A DNA stretch of 41,236 nucleotides from a virus. Lineage: Duplodnaviria; Caudoviricetes. Both the position numbers and the translations under genes were made by a program. Below the pieces are notes generated by a model. The model searched no databases. It was not told where the DNA came from and saw only the letters and a list, made by a program, of their open reading frames with translations. Below are positions 15,640-24,340 of the stretch, one piece after another. How positions within the stretch are numbered: the stretch's first letter is position 1; each line of letters begins with the position of its first letter. The DNA lies in the IMG/VR virus record IMGVR_UViG_3300031949_000084, positions 1-41,236 of that record, one strand, 5' to 3'.

Positions 15640-16492
15640 GAGCAACTCCGTTCTTGTAGTATCGAAGTTTCGGTCGCGACCTTTTCCCATTGAGCCATGC
15701 ACGGATGTTCCAATATTTGCGCGCTTCGCAGAGGAGCGACTGTACATCCGCGAGAAGAAGTCGCTCCCCCCACGGGCCTTCCAGTTGGCGCTTCCAGATC
15801 TTTTCGCAGAGTGCGAGCTGCGCGTCATAGCTTGTCACGGCCCCGAGCAGCGCCAGCCCGCTGCGCGCTCCAGGGCCGAGGTAGACGAACGAGTCCTCGT
15901 CAAACTGTCGGAGAGCGCGCGCGAGGAAGAGGTCACGGTAAACCTGCGTCGCGATGAAGGGGCCGACGTGAGGGATCTCCTGTAACCACTTCCAAAATCC
16001 TTCAAGGGACAGATGCGTGCTCAGACCCGTAAACCTTCCGTATATTGCCGAGTAACGAAGCGAAAGGATGAGCTTCTCGCTATGTGGCATTCGGCCACTA
16101 TAGCCTTTGCTCGCGCCGCCAAACGTGAGGTATGCGGGGCTATAGACCTTCGGGCCATTGCGGATCTTCGTTTCCCAATGCGGGCGGCGCTTCTTCCAGC
16201 TTGCAAGTGATGGGAAACCGACGACGTCGAACCACGCGGGATTGTTCACGAGACGGTAGAATACAGTAGACCAGAGAAGTTCCTCTTCCGTCTCCTGTGA
16301 TTCCGCGACAGTATCCAGGTACCACTGCGTTCCCGCATCGTCAGCGCGACGCACATTGCAAAACCTGAACCGCGCGAGCACATCGTCCTTCGTCCACGGC
16401 GGCGGCTCGCCAGCGGCGCGGCGTAGACGTATCTTTTCGCGCTCGCGGGCGAATGACCAGAGGCCGCGCACGCTAGGGACTGCGGCGACCAT
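15632..16492 (-). CDS. aGPT-Pplase1 / 5-hmdU DNA kinase helical-domain protein
   Basis: FAREREKIRLRR..G.PPPWTKDDVL..FRFCNVRR.DD, FYRL.N, G.F.A.QV..DL, GPGA..GL, DVQ..LCE..KY. Confidence 0.85.
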   Translation of the reverse strand: MVAAVPSVRGLWSFAREREKIRLRRAAGEPPPWTKDDVLARFRFCNVRRADDAGTQWYLDTVAESQETEEELLWSTVFYRLVNNPAWFDVVGFPSLASWKKRRPHWETKIRNGPKVYSPAYLTFGGASKGYSGRMPHSEKLILSLRYSAIYGRFTGLSTHLSLEGFWKWLQEIPHVGPFIATQVYRDLFLARALRQFDEDSFVYLGPGARSGLALLGAVTSYDAQLALCEKIWKRQLEGPWGERLLLADVQSLLCEARKYWNIRAWLNGKRSRPKLRYYKNGVARV

Positions 16493-16769
16493 CAGTCTTC
16501 CTCAACTGGCGCAGGTGACGCTTGCGCATCTTCTCGAAGAGCTCCGGCGCAGCAGCTTTCGTGAGTCCGAGCTTCTGTATCTCCGCTCCCGCGCGGCGTG
16601 CGGCGGCGAGTGTGACGGCGTCGGCGCGAGGAATCTTCAGTCGATGCGCCTTCTTGATTTGGTGGACGCGGACGCGCGAGACGCCGAGACGGCGCACCCA
16701 ATCGGCTACTGTCCAGTCGGGATGGCGGGGGAACTCGCGGAGCAATCGTTCGGTGGCGGTCTCAGCCAT
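16473..16769 (-). CDS. HTH protein, first gene of the modification operon, leaderless
   Basis: WTVADWVRRLGVSRVRVHQI; ATG 7 nt after the -10 box. Confidence 0.75.
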   Translation of the reverse strand: MAETATERLLREFPRHPDWTVADWVRRLGVSRVRVHQIKKAHRLKIPRADAVTLAAARRAGAEIQKLGLTKAAAPELFEKMRKRHLRQLRKTDGRRSP

Positions 16770-16776
16770 GAGCCTT

Positions 16777-16806
16777 ACTATACCCTATAAAGGATGGGCC
16801 TGTAAA
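16777..16806 (-). promoter_or_regulatory. Leftward promoter of the divergent pair
   Basis: TTTACA-N18-TATAGT. Confidence 0.8.
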
Positions 16807-16820
16807 GGGTAGGTGGGGGC

Positions 16821-16850
16821 TTTACAAAGCCGCACGATAGGGGGTATACT
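16821..16850 (+). promoter_or_regulatory. Rightward promoter of the divergent pair
   Basis: TTTACA-N18-TATACT; -35 lies within the palindrome GGCTTT-AC-AAAGCC. Confidence 0.8.
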
Positions 16851-16860
16851 GGACTCATGC

Positions 16861-16999
16861 TTCGCACTGGCTGGAGCCGCTCTGAGTAGCCGTGTGGCCG
16901 TCACTTCTACCAGCCACCAGTCCGGAAATGACGGAGACGCCACAAGGCACGCAAAGGATTGCTGCACCAACCACTCAGAGCGGCTCCAGCCCGCGTGAA
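16861..16999 (+). ncRNA. Structured RNA/leader closed by a perfect 19-bp stem
   Basis: GGCTGGAGCCGCTCTGAGT (16869-16887) pairs with ACTCAGAGCGGCTCCAGCC (16973-16991); inner stems TGTGGC/GCCACA and CCGTCA/TGACGG. Confidence 0.6.
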
Positions 17000-17038
17000 A
17001 AGAGAGACGACCCCCAAGCGGCGGGAATGGGGGCCGTC
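16998..17038 (-). terminator. Minus-strand intrinsic terminator
   Basis: GACGGCCCCCA...TGGGGGTCGTC stem followed by TCTCTTTT. Confidence 0.6.
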
Positions 17039-17064
17039 AACGCGATGAGGATGTCTCAACGCTA

Positions 17065-17094
17065 ACTATACACTGACGCGGCGCAGAAAGTAAA
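17065..17094 (-). promoter_or_regulatory. Antisense promoter
   Basis: CCC-TTTACT-N18-TATAGT, same pattern as the other phage promoters. Confidence 0.65.
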
Positions 17095-17105
17095 GGGGTA
17101 TTTCC

Positions 17106-17528
17106 ATGGCTGAGGAAGAGCTCGCGGGCCTGGCGACGGGACTCCGGCGGATCAAGGAGAAGCGCGGGAAGCTCGACGACGAGGAGGAGGATCTCTTCAA
17201 CCGGCTCAACGAGATCGCGGACGACCGCGTCGGCGAGGCCGAGCCGTTCCGCTACATTGACGCGGCGGCGCGTTGGGTCGTCGGGCGCTCGTTCGCGCAG
17301 AACGCTCCGCGCGTCAACGTCGTCGCGCTGGAGGCGGCGCTCAGCCATCAAGAATGGCTCGCGGTGACGGAGCAGACTCGCGTGCTCGACATGGCCGCTC
17401 TGGAGCGGGCGGCTGCGCGCGATCCTGCGCTCCGCGAGAAGGTCGCCGAGGTGACCGAGACGCCCGCTCCGACGCGGCGGAAGGTCAACCAGGCCGCGAG
17501 TAAGACTGATCTGAAGGGAGCGAAGTGA
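17106..17528 (+). CDS. Hypothetical protein with coiled-coil N terminus
   Basis: AAGGGG RBS; typical high-GC3 codon usage. Confidence 0.8.
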   Translation: MAEEELAGLATGLRRIKEKRGKLDDEEEDLFNRLNEIADDRVGEAEPFRYIDAAARWVVGRSFAQNAPRVNVVALEAALSHQEWLAVTEQTRVLDMAALERAAARDPALREKVAEVTETPAPTRRKVNQAASKTDLKGAK

Positions 17529-17668
17529 CCGCCGAACATTGGGGCGACAGAGAATTGTTCTGGCGAGAGTCGAAAGAGCGGATAGAATGCAGACTCTTTT
17601 ACAGGCTTGTGCCCGTCAGGGCCGCTCCTTTTCTGTTGCCCCAATGTTCGGCGATCTTTCCGACATGA
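17525..17668 (+). CDS. Possible 47-aa protein spanning an inverted repeat
   Basis: MTAEHWGDRELFWRES...; GTGA and ATGA overlaps at both ends. Confidence 0.45.
   Translation: MTAEHWGDRELFWRESKERIECRLFYRLVPVRAAPFLLPQCSAIFPT
17530..17653. repeat. 22-bp inverted repeat with 80-bp spacer
   Basis: CGCCGAACATTGGGGCGACAGA / TCTGTTGCCCCAATGTTCGGCG, 21/22; the mismatch is a G-U pair in plus-strand RNA. Confidence 0.9.
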
Positions 17669-17883
17669 TCTTCTGTTGGTGTTCCGCTCCAGCGGAGGCA
17701 CTCTGCTCCGAGTGCGGTGAGGGCTTCTGCCTGCGCCACAGCCACTACCATCGGTCGGAAAACGAGGGGGTCATCCTGTGCGGCCCTTGCATCGGGCGGC
17801 GCGCGGCGAGGCGGCGGGGGCTTGTCGGCAGCGCGCCGGAGGGGTTATACTATGCGAGCGATGAACACAACCTAGCTCAGTAA
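17665..17883 (+). CDS. Small Zn-finger protein (AN1/B-box-like)
   Basis: CWC...CSECGEGFCLRH...CGPC. Confidence 0.65.
   Translation: MIFCWCSAPAEALCSECGEGFCLRHSHYHRSENEGVILCGPCIGRRAARRRGLVGSAPEGLYYASDEHNLAQ
17822..17851 (+). promoter_or_regulatory. Possible promoter upstream of the replication gene
   Basis: TTGTCG-N18-TATACT. Confidence 0.45.
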
Positions 17884-17917
17884 ATGAAAGACCCCGCCTG
17901 CGACGACGGGGGCTTTC
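17881..17917. terminator. Terminator hairpin, stronger on the minus strand
   Basis: GAAAGACCCCG...CGGGGGCTTTC; minus-strand tail TCTTTCATTT. Confidence 0.65.
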
Positions 17918-18006
17918 GAAGCGAGCGTTAGATCACGTAACGCCGACGCCCAAATTATAACCTACTGTCGGCCTCCTTGACTAGCGCAAGCAAGGAGGCA
18001 TTTTTG

Positions 18007-19035
18007 ATGGAATTTCGAGGCGTCGTCTTCGCCCCAGCCTGGGCCTACGTCTTCTGTCGGCCCGAATTCTCCACCCGAGCCTTCGCTGCCTGGCTCATCC
18101 TCGAAGGGCGCAGGGAGGAACGGATACGAACCCGCTGGCTCCGGCCCTGGCTCGCGGGCGAGCTCGGGATCACACGCTCCAACGTCGCCGAAGTGCTCCG
18201 ACGCGGAGAGGGCATCTTCTGGCAGCATCGGGGCCGCTTCTACCGGCTCCGCTCGGCGGGGCAGGTCTGGCGGGCCGTAGCAGGGCTGAGCGCCGTCTCA
18301 GGGGCGAGCGTCCTACCTGTTCCTCGCCCTGTCCTCAGCGGCCCCCTGGCGCTGCTTCGCACCTACTTCTCGCGTGCCGCCTTGAGCAATGGGCCGGACG
18401 TGTGCACGAGCGAGGCCTGGAGCGCCGCGCTGCTCGGACGGAGCATCCGGACGGTACGGGACTATCGACGGCTCGGACGGGCCGCTGGCCTGCTCTTGAC
18501 GCAGCCGGTGTACGCCCGTGTCGGCTCGGTCAAGCTCGACCTCCAAGCGCCGCAGTTCCCCCAGCTCCCGCAAGAATTCGTGCGCGGGACGAGCATCTAC
18601 CGGCGGCAGCCCGATATCGTCCTCCTCACGCGTCCCGATGGCGAAGCGATCGACCCTTGCGCTCGCAACAAGAGCTTCCGCCTGCGCGGTGGCACCCGTC
18701 AGCTCGTGGGGAAGAGATACTTCAAGAGCGGGCGTCAGCTCCGTGAATGGCAGGACAAGAATCGCGCGGTCGCCGCTGATGCCGTGGTGAAGCTCGGAGA
18801 GGGAACTCATGATTGGGCCGTTTGTTTTCCGCCTCAATATAGGGCAGCTAGTAAAGTAACGAGTGAACTTAATAGAGAAGTTATTCCTCCGAGCTCTCGT
18901 AAACAAGAGACGCTATATTGCGGCGGAAAACAATCCGCTCCCTCCGAGCTTGCGGCCTTTACAAGTCCGCCCGCGAGACCTATAGTAGCCTTACCCCAAC
19001 GCGGCGGGGAACCGTTAGTGGCCCTGAACCTTTAG
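18007..19035 (+). CDS. HTH-containing protein, possible replication initiator
   Basis: AAGGAGG RBS; two HTH-like segments (LAGELGITRSNVAEVL; AALLGRSIRTVRDYRR); heads the replication module. Confidence 0.55.
   Translation: MEFRGVVFAPAWAYVFCRPEFSTRAFAAWLILEGRREERIRTRWLRPWLAGELGITRSNVAEVLRRGEGIFWQHRGRFYRLRSAGQVWRAVAGLSAVSGASVLPVPRPVLSGPLALLRTYFSRAALSNGPDVCTSEAWSAALLGRSIRTVRDYRRLGRAAGLLLTQPVYARVGSVKLDLQAPQFPQLPQEFVRGTSIYRRQPDIVLLTRPDGEAIDPCARNKSFRLRGGTRQLVGKRYFKSGRQLREWQDKNRAVAADAVVKLGEGTHDWAVCFPPQYRAASKVTSELNREVIPPSSRKQETLYCGGKQSAPSELAAFTSPPARPIVALPQRGGEPLVALNL
18958..18986 (+). promoter_or_regulatory. Promoter for the replication operon
   Basis: TTTACA-N17-TATAGT. Confidence 0.75.
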
Positions 19036-19045
19036 AAGCGAGCCG

Positions 19046-20785
19046 ATGTCTCACCCAGATATCTCGGTTGATCTTCTCCCTGACGGCGCTCTGCGTCTGA
19101 GCTTCCCGTACGACCAGTATCTGCTCAGCCTGGTGCGGCAGATTCCTGGACGGCGCTGGCATGCGGAGAAGAAGTTCTGGAGCGCTCCGCGCCCGAGCTT
19201 CCGTGCGCTCCGCGAGCTGGCCGCTGGAGCGGGCGTGGGCGTGGCCCCGAGCGAGCGTGTACGCCAGGCCCTCGCTCTCGGCCAGGCGCGACAGACTGAG
19301 CTCGCCACGGCGAAGGCTGACGAGACGCCTATGGCGCTTCCCACGCAGACAACTCCTCGGCCGTACCAGTATGCGGGCATCCGTTATGCGAAGCACGCTC
19401 TTCACAATTTCCACGGCGCGCTCATCGGAGATGACCCTGGCCTGGGCAAGACCTTCGAGGCCCTGAGCCTAGTCGCCATCCACGAGCGGCTGCGCGACGT
19501 TCTGGTGCTCTGCCCTGCGACGCTGAAGTACGTTTGGGAGGGGCAGATTCGCGAGCATTACCCGCAGCTCACCTACACGCTGATCGAGGGTTCGGCGGAG
19601 GAGCGCGCAGCCCAGTGGGCCGAGCCGTCACGGATCAAGATCGCAAACTACGAGCTGCTCGTCCCGAAGCATGAGCGCGCCTGCGCGGGTGGGAGCGAGA
19701 AGAAGCGGAAGGCTGGTGGCCGGTGCAACTGCGGCGCGCGAACGAAGGACTTGGAGCTCCGCCTGCGCGAGTGGGACTTGACCATCGCTGACGAAATCAC
19801 GTTCTTGAAATCGTTCCGCGCGCAGCGGACGAAGCGCGCGAAGAAGCTCCGCTCGCGCTATCGGCTCGCGCTGAGTGGTATCCCCTTGGAGAACCGGCTT
19901 GAGGAGCTCCACACGGTCATGGACTGGGTGATCCCTGGGTTGCTCGGGCCTGGCTGGCTCTTCGTTGAGGAGCACTGCATCCGCGACCGCTGGGGGACGG
20001 TGAAAGGATATCGCGGCGTGGAGAAAGTCCGCGAGCGAATCGCCCCGTACATGATCCGGCGGCGCAAGGCGGATGTTCTCCGCGAGCTTCCGCCGAAGGT
20101 CTACACCGATGTTGCGCTGGAGCTGAGCGACGACGAGTGGAAACTCTATGCCGTCATCGTCCAGCAGATCAAGGAGAAGATCGCTGAGAACCCGAAGCTC
20201 AACGTCGCTAACATCCTCGTCGAGATTCTCCGGCTGAAGCAGGCCACCGGCGACGGTCGGCTGCTTGGCGAGGATGTGGAGAGCACGAAGCTCGCGGCCC
20301 TACGAGACATTGTTCAGGCGAGTGGAGATCACCAGATCGTGGCGTTCAGCCAGTTCGCTCAGCTCGCCCGTCTCTGGCTCGGGGAGTTTGAGGGCGCGGC
20401 AATCATCGATGGCGCAGTGACGGGCGCAGAACGGGCGCAGGTTATTGAGGCTTTCCAGCGTGGCGACACGCGGCTCCTCCTGAGCACGGATGCTGGCGCA
20501 TATGGAATCACGCTGACGGCGGCGGACATCGTAGTTCATGTAGATCAACCTTGGACACCAGCTCGGATGCGGCAGCGCGAAGACCGCCTCCACAGGATCG
20601 GGCAGAAGAGTTCGGTGCAGGTTGTGAACCTTCTCGCGCGCCGGACGGTGGACGAGCGTGTGCGCGCGATCCTCCACAAGAAGAGCGAGCTGATCAAAGC
20701 GATTCTCGACGAGGAAGCCCCTGACGTGGACGCTGTTCAGATTTCGCGTGGCGATGTAATGAATCTGTTGTTGGGGGATGAATAA
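19046..20785 (+). CDS. SNF2-family helicase with N-terminal HARP-like domain
   Basis: GDDPGLGKT, IADE, LSGIPLENRLEEL, RRRKADV..ELPPK, FSQF, QREDRLHRIGQ. Confidence 0.93.
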   Translation: MSHPDISVDLLPDGALRLSFPYDQYLLSLVRQIPGRRWHAEKKFWSAPRPSFRALRELAAGAGVGVAPSERVRQALALGQARQTELATAKADETPMALPTQTTPRPYQYAGIRYAKHALHNFHGALIGDDPGLGKTFEALSLVAIHERLRDVLVLCPATLKYVWEGQIREHYPQLTYTLIEGSAEERAAQWAEPSRIKIANYELLVPKHERACAGGSEKKRKAGGRCNCGARTKDLELRLREWDLTIADEITFLKSFRAQRTKRAKKLRSRYRLALSGIPLENRLEELHTVMDWVIPGLLGPGWLFVEEHCIRDRWGTVKGYRGVEKVRERIAPYMIRRRKADVLRELPPKVYTDVALELSDDEWKLYAVIVQQIKEKIAENPKLNVANILVEILRLKQATGDGRLLGEDVESTKLAALRDIVQASGDHQIVAFSQFAQLARLWLGEFEGAAIIDGAVTGAERAQVIEAFQRGDTRLLLSTDAGAYGITLTAADIVVHVDQPWTPARMRQREDRLHRIGQKSSVQVVNLLARRTVDERVRAILHKKSELIKAILDEEAPDVDAVQISRGDVMNLLLGDE

Positions 20786-21093
20786 TGGCTTTCTTTGATG
20801 AGATGGATGATGGTGAAGGAGAGCTTGATCGTTGGCTCTTTCACAAGGTTGAGGGGGAAGACCCCGAATGGCTTTGTGGGGATGGGGAGACCTACATCCC
20901 CCTTTCGCGGATAAAGGATGTCCACCTTCAGCGGATAGAGCGTTGGCTTCTCGGGCGCGGAGCGACCTCTCCCGAAGTTCGTAAGGCTCTTTTCGATAAC
21001 GGTTGGTATCAGGTTGTCCGGGATGAGCTTGAGCGGCGCGGCCTGCTTCTCCTTAGAGATCATGTGGCGACGCTGGCGCGGAGCGACGGATGA
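20785..21093 (+). CDS. Hypothetical protein
   Basis: TAATG coupling. Confidence 0.75.
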   Translation: MAFFDEMDDGEGELDRWLFHKVEGEDPEWLCGDGETYIPLSRIKDVHLQRIERWLLGRGATSPEVRKALFDNGWYQVVRDELERRGLLLLRDHVATLARSDG

Positions 21094-21461
21094 CCCCTCA
21101 GGAGCTAGAACTCTTCTGGGCGAAGGCGACGCGCGTAACGGCGCTGCGTCAGCCGCTCGGCCCCGCTTGCGCCCGAGAGCTACTGGAGGCGGGTCTCACC
21201 GATTGGCAGCTCCAGTGGCTCATCACTGAGTACATGAAGCGCACGGCCTTTCCGACGGCGCAGGACTTATGGGATTACGTCGCCGAGACGCAGGCGGCGG
21301 TACCCGATGATCTTGTCTGCGGAGCGCATCTGAGCGGACATCCGCAGGTGATCGCGCTCGCTGACGAGCTGGAGACGCTCGACGGTGCGTGGTTCGAGGA
21401 CGAAGCGGCGCTGGAGCGGGCGGCGAACCTCAAGGCAACGCTGAAGGAGGTCTTGCGGTGA
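21090..21461 (+). CDS. Hypothetical protein, possible helicase loader/partner
   Basis: Coupled directly upstream of the helicase; FPT motif. Confidence 0.6.
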   Translation: MTPQELELFWAKATRVTALRQPLGPACARELLEAGLTDWQLQWLITEYMKRTAFPTAQDLWDYVAETQAAVPDDLVCGAHLSGHPQVIALADELETLDGAWFEDEAALERAANLKATLKEVLR

Positions 21462-22789
21462 CCGCCGATCTCGATCTCCGCCTTCTCGCCAGTCTTCCGA
21501 GCGTTGATGCCTTCGAGCTCTTGGAGCAACAAGGTATCGGCGAGCAGGCCTTCGGCGAGTCGGGCCGCGCGATCTATCACTATATCGCCGAGGTAACGCG
21601 CGAGCATCGGCACTTGCCGCGCCTCCAGGATTTGCGTGCGACGTTCAACCTTCCCGACTGGGTGCAACGCAAGCCGGAGGAATACGATTGGTTGCTCAGC
21701 GAGTTCCAACGCCTCCGCGTGGCACGGCGCGTTCAGGAGGTCGTAGATCGCGACGTTGAACTTTACGGAGAAGACCCTACTGAGCTCGTCGGCGCGCTCA
21801 TCCGAGACCTCGGCGCGATCAGCGTCGACGGCAGCCGGACGGGAACGCTGACCGACGCCACGGCGGTCGCGCGAATGGATGGCTACGAGCGGGCAGCGGG
21901 CAGCGCCGAAATGATCGCAGGCATTCCTACGGGCTTCGGCTACTTCGACGCAGCGCAGCGAATCGGTTGGATGCGTGGCGAGCTGGTCGGGATCATCGGG
22001 CGCACGTACGTCGGCAAGACATGGATTCTCCTCTACAGTGGGCTACGTGCCTGGGCCACGGGCCATCGTGTCCTCTTCCTCTCGCCGGAGCTTCCGAAGG
22101 ACGAGGCGGAGGCGCGGTTCGACGCACTTGTGTGCGGGATGAACGGCGTCACGGTCAATCTGGACGATCTCTATCGCGGCTACGTGCCCACGGACGCGCA
22201 GCGATTGCTCGCGGCGAAGACTGCCGAGCGTGGCAATTGGATCACACTCACAAGCGCCGAGGGCCAGTCTTTCCGCGTCACGGAGATACCGCGCCTTATC
22301 CGGCAGTACCAGCCTGACCTCGTCCTGGTCGATGGGCTGCCACTGATCGGTGGCGGGGGTGGGCGGCAGGTCTGGGAGCAGATCAAGGATGTGAGCTACG
22401 GGCTGAAGAACATTGCGCAGGGTGCGGAGATTGTGATCATGGTGGCGCATCAGGCGAATCGTAGCGCGCACAATACAGCGCGTCCGCCAGGGCTGCACGA
22501 GATCAGTTACGGCGACGCGTTCGCGCAGGCTTGCGACCGCGTGCTCGTCCTGAGCCAGCCCCGCGCGCAGCCGAATCAATTGAAGGTGACGGTACAGAAG
22601 TTTCGCAAGGGTCGTCCCGCACCTGGCGGCATCGACCTACATTTCGAGCCAGGTCACGGGAAGATTTTCGAGCTGGAGAGGAGCGAACGGAGCGATGTCG
22701 AGCGTCCAGACGGAGCTGACCGCATTGGGTCTGCGCGGGAGAGTATACAAATCGGGATTGGAGCTGCGGACGACTTGCCCATTCCCTGA
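21458..22789 (+). CDS. DnaB-like replicative helicase
   Basis: GIPTGF, GRTYVGKT, FLSPEL, VLVDG, HQANR, DAFAQACD, KFR.G; GTGA-coupled start. Confidence 0.9.
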   Translation: MTADLDLRLLASLPSVDAFELLEQQGIGEQAFGESGRAIYHYIAEVTREHRHLPRLQDLRATFNLPDWVQRKPEEYDWLLSEFQRLRVARRVQEVVDRDVELYGEDPTELVGALIRDLGAISVDGSRTGTLTDATAVARMDGYERAAGSAEMIAGIPTGFGYFDAAQRIGWMRGELVGIIGRTYVGKTWILLYSGLRAWATGHRVLFLSPELPKDEAEARFDALVCGMNGVTVNLDDLYRGYVPTDAQRLLAAKTAERGNWITLTSAEGQSFRVTEIPRLIRQYQPDLVLVDGLPLIGGGGGRQVWEQIKDVSYGLKNIAQGAEIVIMVAHQANRSAHNTARPPGLHEISYGDAFAQACDRVLVLSQPRAQPNQLKVTVQKFRKGRPAPGGIDLHFEPGHGKIFELERSERSDVERPDGADRIGSARESIQIGIGAADDLPIP

Positions 22790-23549
22790 ACACGAAGGTG
22801 CGACCGGCGAGAACTTCAGTGTCAGCCTCGTCAACGGCGTATGGCAATGCTTCTCACGCTGCGGCGGCGGGACATACTTCACGCTCCTGGAGCGGTTGCG
22901 TCGCGATCCAGGCTACGGCCCTGGCCTGCCCGAGCCTGATGCGGCGGCGCGTGTACCTGTTCTGCGGAGCCTGCTTGCGCGGGGATTCACGCGTCCGATG
23001 CTAGCGAAATGGGGGATCCGCTGGGATGCCGCCTCTGGGGCTATGCGTCTTCCGGTATGCAACGATGCGGGCGACGAAGAGACAGAGATCTGGCGCGCTC
23101 CACAGGGGGTGGAGCCGAAGTACCGCTACGAGCGGGGCTTTTCGCGGGCGGGGTGCCTCTTCGGGCTCTGGCGCTTGCCGCGTCCGCTGGCGCGGGTGAC
23201 ATTGGTAGAAGGGCCGTTAGACGCCGTCTGGGCGCAGGAGATCGGTGAGCCAACCGTTGCGATCCTTGGATCGTCGTTGTCCTCCCGCCAGGCCGATCTC
23301 TTGCGCCAACGCGGCGTCCGCCAGGTACGCCTCTGCTTCGACAACGACGAGGCCGGTAAGAAGGCGACGCTCGCAGCGAGCGCGTTGTTGCGGACAGAGG
23401 GCTTTTGGGTTTTCCGCATCCCTCTTCCGCAGCGCTACAAGGACATACAGGAGGTTCCTCATGAGAAGCTAGCGGCGGTGTTGGCGCGGGCTGAGGTCTG
23501 CGTCAACGGAGTCGGGATCATTCATCCGCGATACAAGAGATGGAGGTAA
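22695..23549 (+). CDS. DNA primase (Zn finger + TOPRIM)
   Basis: CPFPEH...WQCFSRCG, PKY, LVEGPLDA, CFDNDEAG, KD. Confidence 0.92.
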   Translation: MSSVQTELTALGLRGRVYKSGLELRTTCPFPEHEGATGENFSVSLVNGVWQCFSRCGGGTYFTLLERLRRDPGYGPGLPEPDAAARVPVLRSLLARGFTRPMLAKWGIRWDAASGAMRLPVCNDAGDEETEIWRAPQGVEPKYRYERGFSRAGCLFGLWRLPRPLARVTLVEGPLDAVWAQEIGEPTVAILGSSLSSRQADLLRQRGVRQVRLCFDNDEAGKKATLAASALLRTEGFWVFRIPLPQRYKDIQEVPHEKLAAVLARAEVCVNGVGIIHPRYKRWR

Positions 23550-23555
23550 GGAAAA

Positions 23556-24335
23556 ATGACGAACGAAGATGAGCTGTACGGTATCGATGGTGCGTCGCGC
23601 GCCATGGGGCGCGGAAGCGGGCCTCCCCGCCTGCGGCTGAAGGCGGGGGAGCGGGCGCGTTTCCACATGCTCAGCACTGGTAAAGACCGCATGATGATGG
23701 GCAGTGAGTTCCATGTTCTCGCGCCCTTCCCGAACTATCGCGAGGCGGTCTGTGTGCGCGCCATGACAGGCGGCGCGGAGACGTGCCAGCTCTGCGAGCA
23801 AGGGCACACCGAGAAGCGGAACAAGTTTGCGCTCTGGGTCTATGTTTGGAATGTGCTGCGAATCAACGACAACCCCGACGAGAAGGGGGATAGTTGGCCC
23901 ACGGCCCAGATTGAGGACGGTGCGGGTCGGAAGCGGACGCTCTTCAGGGAAGAAGTCAAGCGCCCGCTCCTGCTGGAGCTGAGTGCGGGGCGCGAGCATG
24001 TAATCTATCGGCAGTTCGTGAATGAATACACGGCGCGCGGAAGTCTCCAGACGCAGCTCTACGAGCTGGTGCGCATTGGGGAGCAGCTTGACACGACGTA
24101 TCTCCTTCGGGCTGCAAAGGAAATGGCGATCCCCGAGGAGGTTCTGGGCGACGAGCGCCTGAAGACATTGACCCCCATCCCCGACCTCTTTCGCAATTCG
24201 TCGTCCCACCCTGCTGGCGTCTCCGGCGGCGATGTTCTCGGGGGAGAGGGAGCTGACGAGATTGACACGGGCGATGCGGCGGAAGAGGAATTTCCGAAGA
24301 CCGCGCTGCCCACCGATGACGACGATCTGATCTAA
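23556..24335 (+). CDS. ssDNA-binding protein (gp32-like)
   Basis: Between primase and polymerase; H..C...CQLC Zn site, R.G...DT.Y, acidic tail DDDDLI. Confidence 0.7.
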   Translation: MTNEDELYGIDGASRAMGRGSGPPRLRLKAGERARFHMLSTGKDRMMMGSEFHVLAPFPNYREAVCVRAMTGGAETCQLCEQGHTEKRNKFALWVYVWNVLRINDNPDEKGDSWPTAQIEDGAGRKRTLFREEVKRPLLLELSAGREHVIYRQFVNEYTARGSLQTQLYELVRIGEQLDTTYLLRAAKEMAIPEEVLGDERLKTLTPIPDLFRNSSSHPAGVSGGDVLGGEGADEIDTGDAAEEEFPKTALPTDDDDLI

Positions 24336-24340
24336 GCCCG

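Noticed and set aside
16886-16970. tRNA-like element ending in CACCA
   Set aside because: Only a 5-bp acceptor-like pairing; no T-loop (TTCRA) or D-loop signature.
19670-19750. Cys/Lys-rich insertion in the SNF2 helicase as an intein
   Set aside because: Only ~25 aa, with no intein terminal motifs.
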